A stretch of 58,308 bases of DNA, filler included, from Basidiobolus meristosporus CBS 931.73 (lineage: Eukaryota > Fungi > Basidiobolomycota): the NCBI GenBank assembly GCA_002104905.1. It is 2 parts of 2 records of this genome, joined end to end, with 100 filler letters (N's around TTAATTAATTAA, not from the genome) between each part and the next. Parts side by side here need not be neighbours in the genome. Positions count along the whole stretch, not along the records: positions 28,019 to 58,308 come from MCFE01000852.1; 1 more part is not named here. One strand, given 5' to 3'. Made by a program: the position numbers and the translations under genes. Below the pieces are notes generated by a model, which worked only from the letters and a program-made list of their open reading frames with translations, made no database searches and was not told where the DNA came from. Below are positions 35,057 through 46,651 of the stretch, one piece after another; within the stretch, counting starts at the first letter, position 1, and every line of letters starts with the position of its first letter.

Positions 35057-35267
35057 GCCAGAATATGGAATCAATTGAAAACTGGAGATACTTAAGATAC
35101 AGGGTATCTGTTGGAGCAAAAGCTTTGCACTGAGAGCAATGCATTTGCTTTTCAACAATATCCCTATACTGATGACCAAGTTGTACATGGGGCATTTCAA
35201 GTTAAATGAGCCCTTTGAGACACTGGAGAAATTTGAAAGAATTGGCAAGATATTACAGAGTATCCGC

Positions 35268-36338
35268 TGTGGTGGTGTATAGGTCCAAGGGAGAGATACA
35301 TCCAACACTTCTCAAGTGTTTTGTGTGTGGGGTGTTCACTGGGTGCAATAACCTCTGGCAAAAGCTTGCTAGGAATACTTGGGTTCTGTCTCTAATCTAA
35401 TGTGAAGGGGAATAAAGCCACAAGCTTGTCAAGGGAAAACTATTGAGCTACAATCCCCAACTTAGTTGGCGTCTTAACAAAAGTATGTGCTGGGTTCAGC
35501 GTCCTTTGAGATGACAATGTACTAAAGCTTCCAAAGTCAAAACAACTGTAAACTCCACCAGCAGGGACTTGATAAGAATGCAGCTGTGGTCAATAGTTAC
35601 AAAGACAGAAAAGTATCTTTGCCTGAACAAGAACAAACTTGGGAAAGAATCAAATATAATAAAAGATACCTACTCTGAGTATTTCTCACAAGTAGTGCCT
35701 CCAAGGTCAGTTGGCTGTCAGCGCGGTTTCCTGGGAGTGTCCTGTGGTCTAGGGTTGGAAGTTCAGGTAGCAGCAGGTAGCAGTGATCACACTAATCAAC
35801 AAGTCGGTATATTGATAAAAGGGATGATGATTTATTGTTGAGGGATAGCCTCCCTTATATACTTTTCTTACCAGCTAAGTGATTACTAATCATGGTGTTC
35901 CAGAAGGTTCCGGATATCAATAGAAATCTTAATGACATCAGAATGACCTAAGAATGTTCTAAGTAGGTGCCGGAAGGTTCTAAGAGGCACAGCACATCCA
36001 ACCAATCAGGAATCAGTATTCTGAAACCTGTGTAACATGGGGATACCATATATGGTATGGAAATGGTAGGGATGGTGACACGGGTTGATCATGTGTCACT
36101 GGTACTGGCGCGGGTACTTGCCTAATATAGAAGTACTTGTAGCTAGTAATCTTACATAAAGTGAGGAGTAACTTATGCAATAAGGTAAGTAGGTGTGATA
36201 GTCAACCGGCTTATGGGATAGTACTGATTGGGTAAGACAAATGGGATAAAACTAAAATAAGTGTAGTAGAGATATAGGGAAATGGAAAATAAGGGAATGA
36301 GCACATCTGTCAGTGGGTGTCACTGTCACCCCACTACA
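35268..36338 (-). mobile_element. Solo LTR of family B with 4-bp TSD CCGC
   Basis: 1071-bp reverse copy of 18045-19116; CCGC at 35264-35267 and 36339-36342; empty site visible in the paralog at ~37381-37420. Confidence 0.95.
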
Positions 36339-36449
36339 CCGCTACCCTAGGTACTTCTCACAGGCTCCAATTAATATTCATTTGCATATGCAACAATACA
36401 AATGCAATGACTGGATGAACTGGATATGTATTTTTCCAAGTAGTGTTCT

Positions 36450-39120
36450 TCTATCACCTCAACTTTACGGCTTTTTAGTGTGATACTTGCAAAGTGCCAT
36501 ATACCTTGTACTGCTGGTAACATATACATCTTGCAAACATATGCTTGGTTGTTGCCACTTTGGCCATGAATACCTCCTGAATATCCGCAAAGAGCTTCTT
36601 GGTACTGAGCCAATATATCCCTTCTCCCTGCTGGATTCTAGTTCCCCTTATAGGTGCGCTCTAGATTTTGTTTGTGTGAGTTCCATATACAATGGTGTAG
36701 AAGTTGGCTTGTGACCATGACAAGTTTGGCATAGCTTGGTAGAGTTTTCCTGATAAAAATTAGCTGCTTGTTGCACCCAACCCAACTCTGCATTACTTAA
36801 CTGATTACACACACATTGGGGCTGCTTAGCTCTTAATGTCATAGGCATAGGTGTCTCCATGTGCACATTTGTCCTCAGTATTTTCCAACTCTTCCTAGCT
36901 GACCTCCATGTGCCAACTCATTACATCCGTGACGGACTTGAAGATAATATTCTTGATGAGAATGGGACTTGTTAGTACATGCAACTTGACTCATCTTCCT
37001 TTCTCCCCACACATCCGCTCCATAGGAAACTCCCAAAAGGTGAAGCAAGGCCCAATACTCTCCACACACCATGCAAGATGGAGCAGTGACTGGATACAGT
37101 AGCAGCAGAGATCTACATGTTCAGCCTTATGTTTGCAGTATAGCCACTCAAATCCTGTTACAATCTCCTCACACAACAGCTGTAGATGCGTCAAGTTGGC
37201 ATTGGTGATCTGCTTCTGGATAAATATTCCTACAATGTCCACATATGACTCCCAATGCTTCCAATGTGCTCTTGGTAGGAATGGCTATAGAACACCACTT
37301 GAATAAATACAAATCCAGTTCATCCAGTCATTGCATTTTTATTGTTGCATATGCGTATGAATACTAATTGGAGCCTGTGAGAAGTACCTAGGGTAGCAGA
37401 TACTCTGTAATATCTTGCCAATTCTTTCAAATTTCTCCAGTATCTCAAAGGGCTCATTTAACTTGAAATGCCCCATGTACAACTTGGTCATCAATATAGG
37501 GATATTGTTGAAAAGCAAATGCATTGCTCTCAGTGGAAAGCTTTTGCTCCAACAGATACCCTCTATCTTAAGTATCTCATATTTCTGGCTGATTCCATAT
37601 CACAGCCAATGGCTTATAGCTTGCCAACTTTGCTGCAATTACATGCTTACTTCTGTACGTTCTTTTTGTGGAAAGATGATGTTCTTAGTGGTGGTGTTTG
37701 GGTAATAATAATGTGTGTGAGTTATTGAGTAAATCCCCTGGATCTCACACATTTGACAGCAATACCGTCCATTGTACCCAGAATCACCTGCTATCTTGCT
37801 GATGGCTGGGGTATCTCCAATGCAGATTACAATATGTGCTTTTACATGATGGCCATTTACCATAATTGCACTGGAAAGCTTGCAAAATTCTTCCAGCAAT
37901 GGATACAGATAGCTATCCAGGTTGGATGGTGACTTAGGACCAGATACTGGTGCAACTACCATTGGATTATTGCTCTGATACTGTATGATGGGCAGCAGAT
38001 TCAGATTAATAAAAATCAGTGGTGAGCAGGATTTGCTGGTAGAGTACTTGTTTAATGAGAATCCTTCTAGTGCCAAAACAAAGGCATGGTCATACATACC
38101 TTTAAAGTAGCCCTTGCTTCTTAGTGGTTTGTAGTGTTTGCCATTGAATATATCAGATATGTTTGTGCCTGATTGATACTGAGTGCAGTACTGTATAGCT
38201 TTGCAATATTTGTTGGACTGCATCAGCTTCCTCAGACAGGGTATGACCGGAATATATCTGGAGTGTGAACAATGTTCTCCCTCAATGGTGGTAGATTCCT
38301 GACAAGTTGGACACATTGCAATGATAGCATTTTTGGATGTGAATGCCATGCAGCTGTTAACACATGCTGGAATCTGGACAGTCTCTGGATCATATGTTGC
38401 CAGCCGTATGATGGCTGTCCACTTGTACCATGTACATGGTAATTTGCATCCTGGTATGATTTTGGCAAGAGGTAGTAATAAATCCTCAAAGCACCCATTA
38501 CTAATATTAGTGGAAATGCACCACTTCTCTAGCCACAACATTACATCATTCACCATAGATGGTTTACTGGGCTCACTTGGCTCCATAAAGTATCCTTGGC
38601 ATTTGTTTCAACGGGTGTTGTCTCATTGCATATAGGGATTTGACTGGGCTCATACATGGTACTGCTGCTAGGGGAGATAGGCTCAAAATCCATCAGTGAA
38701 CCTTCTTTGTCAGGGCTATCACTCTGTGTGCCATATTCAGAAGGCTGAGGTGAGCCTACTGGTGTCACAAACTCACCTGACTCAGTTTGCGCAAGGTGAC
38801 AAAGATGGCCAGGTACCAATATAGAAGTATTAACTGACTGGCAAGATAATGTTGGTACAGTAGTGACCAAGGAATTGTCAAATATGACTTGAGTTGCCAC
38901 ACACTGGCCGTGCTCCTTATAATACTTCATATACTGTCCGCATACTTCATTGCTGAGAGGCTTGCCACAATAGCTACATGGTCTTTTTTCTCTTCTCTTA
39001 CAGTGTTGAGTCAAATTAGTCTTGTCCATGGGGCAAACAGTTTGACCTTCAACAATGTAATGCTATTATATCACTTTTTGGTCAATACTCATGTGAACTT
39101 AAGACAGTCTTGTACTTGAC
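36450..39120 (-). pseudogene. Transposase_21/Tnp2-type (CACTA/CMC) transposase, decayed
   Basis: ORFs 38550-39029 (Cys/His-rich N-terminus RPCSYCGKP), 37639-38586 (CVNSCMAF, ISDIFNG, LEGF, INLNL.P, GPKSPSNLDSYLYPLLEE, GDTPAISKIAG..G.NGRYCCQMC) and 36991-37242 (LLHL..IGP..FWEFPMERMCG). Confidence 0.85.
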
Positions 39121-39267
39121 ACATTGCACCTACATGAATGTAAGATTCAATGATGACCTGCCATAGTAAGCACTATAAATAAAGTTGTAGCACCATGTAT
39201 ACAAGTATATGTAACACTATCTCCCCTTTAGTTTGACTCACTTCCATATATATGCCACCAAAAAAAT

Positions 39268-40001
39268 AGACTTGTTCCGTTGGATAGTGCCACATTGAGC
39301 CATGAGTGCCAAATGATGCCATAGTGTGCCAGAGAGGCCAATTGAGCCTCTACCTGGCCACAGAGTGTGAAACATAGCTCCGCATCTTCATGCAAAGCAG
39401 CCCCTGTGTTTCACCCATTGTGTTGGAGAAAATCCATTTTTTGACCTTTTTTTGTGGATCAATGTAGCTCAGGATGTGTTAGAGCACAGGAGAACCAAAG
39501 ATATGCATCTGGTACTCAATACCCATGGCACTCTGAATCTAGCTCCTGTAGCTTGTATCATGTCACAAAAATGAATGGCACTATCTTGGTCCACTGGTAC
39601 TATCTGGCACTATAAGTGCTTTGTATAGATCTTACTTTGGGGCTAATATTTAAATATAGTGCCAGATAGTACCAGTGGACCAAGACAGTGCCATTCATTT
39701 TTGTGACATGATACAAGCTACAGGAGCTAGATTCATAGTGCCATGGGTATTGAGTACCAGATGCATATCTTCAGTTCTCCTGTGCTCTAACACATCCTGA
39801 GCTACATTGATCCACAAAAAAAGGTCAAAAAATGGATTTTCTCCTGCGCAATCAGTGAAACACAGGGGCTGCTTTACATGAAGATGCAGAGCTATGTTTC
39901 ACACTCTGTGGCCAAGTATAGGCTCACTTGACCTCTCTGGCACACTATGGCATCATTTGGCACTCATGGCTCAATGTGGCACTATCCAACGGAACAAGTC
40001 T
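39268..40001. mobile_element. Foldback element: 347-bp arms, 40-bp spacer, TSD AAT
   Basis: 39268-39614 is the reverse complement of 39655-40001 (about 15 mismatches by eye); AAT at 39265-39267 and 40002-40004; uninterrupted paralogous site at ~33470-33490. Confidence 0.93.
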
Positions 40002-42100
40002 AATAAAGAAAAGTCATCTGGTTCTCAACTAAACCCCACCACTGATGGCAGCAGGTAGGGTTGAGAGAACCTCTGTGGAGCCACAAGCTGACCATTATGC
40101 TCAGGCAGATGAGAATGTAGCAAATGCAGTACCCTCAGCTGAAGATCAGCAAGTGGCCATGATATCATCACCACCACCCATATTAGCAAGTATGTTGTCA
40201 GCTTGTACCAAAGCATTAATAAAGCAATGAGGTGCAGTGGCTAATAGTATAGATGCAATGGCCCAGAGAAGTCAGGAAATAGGCCAGAAATAGGATGAGC
40301 GGATAATATGTTTAGAGTAATCAATACCCAGGTAGAGATAGCAGTATCTTTGCAGCAAAGAAGGAACTCAAGTAGCTCAATGTCATAGCCAAGAGTTGAG
40401 CCATTTCCCATTGTAACAGCAGAAAACACCGTACAGTCTTTGGAGCACAACAACAGTTCCCAAAGATAAAGTCCACAAAAAAACCTATTACAGCATGGGA
40501 GGGAGACAATATGGTGTTTATACTAAAGTCAAAAAATCAAAAGACGTTGAGGATCTGTGAAGCCATTGAGTGCAATAATGAAGAGTGGGCTAATATACAA
40601 GAGGCTGTCAGAAGCCTGGTATGCCATCACCTTAAGGCTGGCATGCCATGGGACCATCAGGAACTCAAGGGCAAGCAGAATGCACTAGACTTGTTCCATG
40701 AGCATTATCTTAGATTCAAACAGGCAAATGGATTTTGGGCCAGCATTGGTTTGCTAAGAAAGTATCTTAAGAATAGCAGAAACTATCAAAGGCAGAAGAA
40801 CAAGGGTGCCATGGCTAAAAGCCAGTGGCTTCCTCAAGAGCCCAGTACAAGCAGGGCTGAAAGCTCCAGACAAGTGTCAAAGAGATATCAGGCAGCTGGA
40901 AGAGTGCCAATTAGGGACAAGCAGGCTGACACAGATGCACCAGCACAACATTTATCCAGGAAAAAGTGTAGTACAACTCAAGAAGCACCCAGTCAAAGTA
41001 GCAGCAAAGCACCTGGCAGTGATAAAAACCAGCCGCTTTTACAGGAGCCTGTCACAACTATGTTTGAGAGCTCAAAACAAGCTGAAAAGAAACATCAGGT
41101 TGCCAGAAGAGTGCCAGCAAGGGACAAGCAGGCCAAAACAAATGTGTCAGAGCAGAATTTATCCAGGAGAGAACATAGTTCTGTACAAGAAGCATGCAAC
41201 AAAGTGGCAGTGAAAGACCTGGCAGTGATAAAGGAAAAGATAAAGGGAAAAATGTCTACCCACGCCTGAGACAGGGAGGCATGCAAAGAAACTGCAGTTC
41301 TTGCCAATTAATGCTGCAAGCCAGGAACAGACTGAATCCCATCATAGCCAAGAAGAATCAGCAACAAGAAAACAGCTGTTCTTACAAGAGTTGGAAGTGC
41401 AGCCAGTTCAGCTACACTCCAGCAAGGTAGATGAGTTTGCTGAAAAAGACAATTTGTCTGGCACAGCATCCACAGCCTCCATTGTTGACAGCGTGGAGAT
41501 CCCACTGACAGACAAGGCTACAACATCAAGAGCTCAAAAGACTATCACAATGCCTTCAGTGGAGTTTTGGAACATTAGTTGGCACACTAAGAGGTTGCAG
41601 CACTTCTTCAAGAGCAGTGCTCAAGATAACACACTGGAAAATTGCAAGGATTTATTGCAAAGACTGGAAGATGAGGAGCTAGACCTTGCAGTGCTGGCTG
41701 AAGACCAAGATGTGTGGGAACCAGTGAATGAACAGTGGCATAAAGTCTTTGGGTTCCTGCCAAAGTTGTGGAGCCAGAGCAATATAGCCAAAATACTTAT
41801 TGAGTGGCAAATTTTAATGGAATAACTTGTTGAGTGCAGGGTTGGGCTTAATGTTAGTGTAGAGTATAGGGACTTGTATAGGTCAATACAATTGGCAATT
41901 GAGGTACAACTAAAGTTTCAACAGAAATAAATCAATTTGTATGCATGAAAAGTCAGAGAAACAGTTGAGTCAGGAAGTAAGGAGTGTGAACAAGAGGTAA
42001 TAGCCAAGCAGTTTGCAGAAATGTAGGAGGCAATAGAGTGTCCAGGATCAGAAAGTGAGCAAATTGGCAGGGAACCAATCAAAAGCCACTTATAAATCAT
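40002..42100 (+). pseudogene. Accessory (second) gene of the CMC-like element, decayed
   Basis: ORFs 40511-41269 and 41301-41825, mirrored by 32000-32665, 31792-32046 and 33068-33493 (MPPKIKAKLS) on the minus strand; core EEWANIQEAVRSLV..W..Q..K..F....GFWASIGLLRKYLKNSRNY; internal ~200-bp repeat. Confidence 0.6.
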
Positions 42101-42266
42101 TGTGATGAAAAATCTTGACTAAGTTTTTTGTGAAATCTGGGGTGCAATTGTTTTTCAAAGGTCTCTGGACGGTGTCTTCATGAGATCAGTACCTCTTAGT
42201 CATGGAACTTTCACTTTGTGACAGCCTTTTGACAGGATCATCTCAATAATTTTTCATAGGGCTTAT

Positions 42267-43260
42267 CCCTATATTTGGTTGTAAAATTAGCAAAACACTG
42301 TCATGATCCCATCAAAAGATTGTTAGGAGGGTCACTAATTCCAAGCTGCTGGTATTATAGTGGCCTACTGATGGGATCTTGATGGCTGATCCATATTGGA
42401 TCCACCCATGGGACCAAATTATTTTGCATAGGGAATGTGCCTGGTAGTTGCAATAGTAAAAGTGGCTCTGCCCTCCAGAATATCTGTTAATCCTCAAAAC
42501 AAAGGTATCCAGTATATTCCTGGTATAAAGCCTGTTGCAGAGCACTTCTGGGATATGGAAGTTTACTAGAGCTTCTGAGTGTAGTAATACAAGTTTCCCT
42601 GATAATGGAATAACTGTGTTGATCCCTTCATAAGGCTGTTGCAAGGTCAATGTTCTGTGAACACAAGGCATTAATCCTGTCAGGACACCATGCAAAGACC
42701 CTAAAAACAATTTCAGCATAGATTTCACAAGCTACATAATAGAATTTCTCATCACACCAATATATTGGTGTCTTTTGATTGGTTCTCTGCCAATTCTCTC
42801 ACTTTTGGATCCTAGACACTCAGTTGCCTCCTCAGTTTATGTACATTAACTGGCTATTGCCTCTTTGTTGCACTTCTTACTTCCTCACACAGCCAATGCT
42901 CTCACTGTTCAGTCATACAAATTGATTTATTGCCATTGAAAGTTCAGCTGTAGCTCAATTGCCAACTGTGCTGACCTATACAAGTACCTATAACCAACAG
43001 TAATATCAAGCTCAACCCCACACTCAATGAATAGTTCCATCAAAATCTACTATTTAATAAGTATTCCTGCTTTAACACCCCTTTTCCTTGACTTCAGCAG
43101 GAACAGTTTAGTTCCATGCCATTGGTCATTCTTTGGTTCCAATATGTCTGGGACTTCAGCTGGCACTACAAGGTCCAGCACCTTATCTGCTAGTCTTTTT
43201 ATTAGATTCTTGTAATATTTAGGCAAGTATTCTCAAGCACTACATTGAAGAACTGCTGCT
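42267..43260 (-). mobile_element. Third, more diverged terminal fragment of the CMC-like element
   Basis: Starts CCCTAT, then atgatcccatcaaaag; 42720-43260 resembles 31565-32070. Confidence 0.6.
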
Positions 43261-43644
43261 GCCTCTTGGTGTGCCTATTGATGTTGAGAATTCAGATCAG
43301 ATCCATAGTTCTGATTAGACTGGCTGATTACTCCCACTGAATATGAGATATCTGGACATGGTTCAAGCATGATATATATCAGACTGCCAATCATAGATTG
43401 ATAAGGGAACTGTGGGCTCTCAGATAGCACCAAGCTCTGTTGATTTAGTTCAATTTGACCATGTTAAGGTTTGTCTCCATTGGGGTAGCTGCAGGTTTGC
43501 AGTCTTCCATTTGATACTTCTTTAGTATGTCTTGAGTATACCTGAATTGGCCTAGGGTGCTGGTCTGGGTACTTCTTTCTATGGAGAACCCATCCTAGAG
43601 TAGCAGCTGAGCTCTTCCAGATTGGACATCTTGTACTCCTTAGA

Positions 43645-43995
43645 TGTGGTAAGAGTCTTGGAGATATTGGAAGTGATTGGGAGGACAAGTGGATTATGTG
43701 GGTTTCACTTAATGATTTACTGAATGAAAAGGTAGTATTTGTACCTTTACATGGTCTTGGCATTACAAACATGTAGAATTGGTTAAGGAAGGTCCCAAGA
43801 ACATGTGTGCAAAGCTTGGGGCTGTTTGGACAACTTTGAGAATTTTCATGTTCTAGGTACCTGGTATTTTGGTGAAAATATTCTATGTAAATCCCCACAA
43901 GGAATTTTGGTTAGTATTCTCTAGAATTTGAAGGTAATGATCTAAGTGAGTAAGATAGATGAATATTTAGGTGGAATTCCAAATTTTTTACAACA
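43645..43995 (-). mobile_element. Solo copia LTR, TSD TTAGA
   Basis: 351 bp, TGTGGTAAG...TTACAACA; TTAGA at 43640-43644 and 43996-44000; RT-like frame continues across it. Confidence 0.92.
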
Positions 43996-45482
43996 TTAGA
44001 TAGGCTGGATTTAGTCTCCTCTAATGTTTCAAGGCTATTGATGGCTCCAATGAGATCATCTACATATAGAGCTAATGGAACTGGATTTGCTCTATGTGGC
44101 TTATAGTATATACTATAGTCAGCATTATTCCTTTGCAAACTCAAAGATTCCATATAAGAATCTATCTTGCAACTCCATGCTCTTGGTGATTGTTTGAGTC
44201 TATATAGAGATATTTTAAGCTTACTGGCCATATGGGAGTTATCTTGGTCAGCAAATACACCAGGCTGGCACATATACATGTCCTCATCAAGCTTTGCATT
44301 TAAAAATGCAGCCTTTAGATCCAAATGAGGTTTAAAAAACTGTTTTTTTTGCTGCAATAACCAATATTAATCTAATGGAACTAAACTTGGCTAACAGTGC
44401 AAAGGTCTCAATATAGTCAAGTCCTTTTGTTTGTGAATATCCTTTGGTCACAAGTCTTGCTTTGTATCTTTCAGCTCTACCATCAGCCTTATATTTGACT
44501 TAAAGGCCCTTCTGCATCCAATTGATTTTCAGTTAATGGGTAATTTGACCAAGTCCCAAGTTTAATTTTCCATCAGGGCCTGATACTCCTCAGTCATTGC
44601 AGATCTCCAAAGCTTTGTCTGAGGGCTATTCAGGGCTACTTTTACAGTCTGTGGCTCATCAATATGGACTTAATAGGCATAGGCTGAGTGTGTACCCTGA
44701 TTGATATGGTAATTTGACCTATTTTTTGACCAGTTGGATCTCCTGGTCTATGATACTAGAATGACCACTTCTGGGTTATTACTTGGCACTGATTCAGACA
44801 AGACTACAGTTGCAGAGTTCTATGGAGTGAAAAATATTTCATTGTTTTGCTCTGATTCAACCCTGATTATTGGTGGATCTGAAATCCAACTTTTGTCTGC
44901 ATCTAATGTCAGTTGTTGTGAAATTTGGATTTTCATCAATCAACACAGCCTTGATGCTTCACTCTTATAGCAGTAGCCCAAAAATATGCATTTTACACTT
45001 TTTGGCTCAAATTTTGACTGATTTCCAGGCAGTTTCTTGGCATATGCTGTGCACCCAAGTATTCTTAGATGTTCTGCACTTGGTCTGTGTCTATACCATG
45101 TCTCAATGGAGTAGAATTGCATCATGCTCTGTTATAACTCCCATATTAAGGGTATAGAGATGTTGCAACTGATTTTGCCCAAAAACATAGGATAATTTTT
45201 GATCATGGATCATGGATCTGGCTATATTAATTATTGATCTGTTTGCACATTCTGCCACTCCACTTTGCTGTAGGGAGTATGGTAAAGTAGTCACTTGCTT
45301 TATCCCATGAATTTTGCAGAAGTGGATGAAGGGTATTGGGTATGTTCTCCTCCATTGTGAGAGTATATTTTCTTGCTATTTTCACCAGCTTCTTTCTCCA
45401 CCTTAGCTTTAAACTTGCTGATCTTGAACAAAGCTTCTTCCTTTCTTTCCATGAAATACACCCACATGTATTTTGTACAATC

Positions 45483-45773
45483 TGTTGTAAGAGTCTAGGA
45501 GATATTGGAAGTGATTTGGAGAACAAGTAGATTATGTGGTTTTCACTTGATGATTTATTGAATGTAAGACTAGTATTTATACTTTGACCTGGTCTTGGCA
45601 TTACAAACACATAGAGTAGGCTAAGGAAGGTCCCAAGAGCATATGCGCAAAGTTTGGGGCTGTTTGGACAACTTTGAGAATTTTCATGTTCTAGGTACCT
45701 GGTATTTTGGTGAGAATATTCTAAGTGACTAATTTAGGTGAATATTTAGATGGAAATACAAATTTTTACAACA
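45483..45773 (-). mobile_element. Solo copia LTR (internally deleted), TSD CAATC
   Basis: 291 bp, TGTTGTAAG...TTACAACA; CAATC at 45478-45482 and 45774-45778. Confidence 0.92.
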
Positions 45774-46651
45774 CAATCATCAATAAATGTGATTAAATAC
45801 TTCATCCTACCTAAGGGTAAGTTTTGCATAGGTCAGTAAAGATCTCAGTGAGTTAAATCTAATTTTTTCTTAGTTTTGATTAGCACAGAGCTCTTGAGTG
45901 GTTGTCTGGCTTGTTTCCCATATATGCAGGCTTCACAGTGCTCCAAAATAGCTGGGGCATCAGTTTTTACTCCAGAAGTTAGCAGAGATTTGACCATTTT
46001 GTACAAATGATCAATGTGAATGTGTCCAAATCTCCTGTGTCAAAGCATTGGTGTTTCTTCACTTAAGTTACTTATATTGGCAGCCAGATATGATGGAATA
46101 TAAGTCAGTTTGTATAGATTTGGATCTCTGATACCCAAGGCAATATGGGTGCCATTCTGATCAGTGATCCTGCATCCAGAACTGTCAGAGCTGAAGCTGA
46201 GTCCTTCTACAGTGGCCTTGCTCACAGATAGTAGGTCCTTGGCTATTTCTGATACACAGAGTACTTATTTCAAGGTAAGTATATAGATTCCTTTACTGCT
46301 TCTAAGGTTGACTTGGAAAGTGCCTTCTCCCACTGCATCAAGTGTTCTATTGTCACCTATGAAAACCTTCTTAATTGGAATTTCTTGATAATGGGTAAAA
46401 AGTTCTTTTTAGTGTGTAAAGTGTTGAGATGCTCCAGAGACAAGTTACCACATCTGAGAATCCTTGATTGTGGTCATATTTAGTGCAGATATGAAAGTTC
46501 TATCATCTGTTATTGCCGCATTTCCATATACAGGCTTCTTTTGTTGATTATCTCTCTTCTTGAAGCACCAGTCTAATGTGTGCCCTTTCATTTTGCAGTA
46601 ATTGCAAAACATGCTGCTATTGCCTTTAAGGGGTCTTGAGTGCCTCCTTTG

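Larger units (their letters stand above)
31440..36449 (+). mobile_element. CACTA/CMC-like DNA transposon copy 1 (transposase +, accessory gene -), disrupted by two LTRs
   Basis: Begins CCCTATGAAAA; inverted homology to 37290-42261; transposase fragment 33925-34632 (CVNSCMAF, YIPVIPCL, ISDIFNG). Confidence 0.75.
36450..42261 (-). mobile_element. CACTA/CMC-like DNA transposon copy 2 (transposase -, accessory gene +)
   Basis: Inverted relative to copy 1; ends TTTTCATAGGG; interrupted by the foldback element at 39268-40001. Confidence 0.8.
43330..46651 (-). mobile_element. Decayed Ty1/copia internal region (gag end, PR, IN, RT) interrupted by its own LTRs
   Basis: gag CNYCKMKGHTLDWC; IN TTLPYSLQQSGVAECANR, KKLPGNQSKFEPKSVKCIFLGY; RT HLDLKAAFLNA, SLYRLKQSPRAW, LYVDDL. 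Confidence 0.9.

Noticed and set aside
39267-40002. Reading the foldback as Tc1/mariner (TA TSD) or hAT (TAG ends, 8-bp TSD)
   Set aside because: No 8-bp duplication in any copy, and the empty-site length fits AAT better than TA.
45227-45610. Recurring MFVMPR-type ORFs (also 43464-43898, the start of 46872, 3424-3909)
   Set aside because: Frames running through copia LTR copies, not genes.
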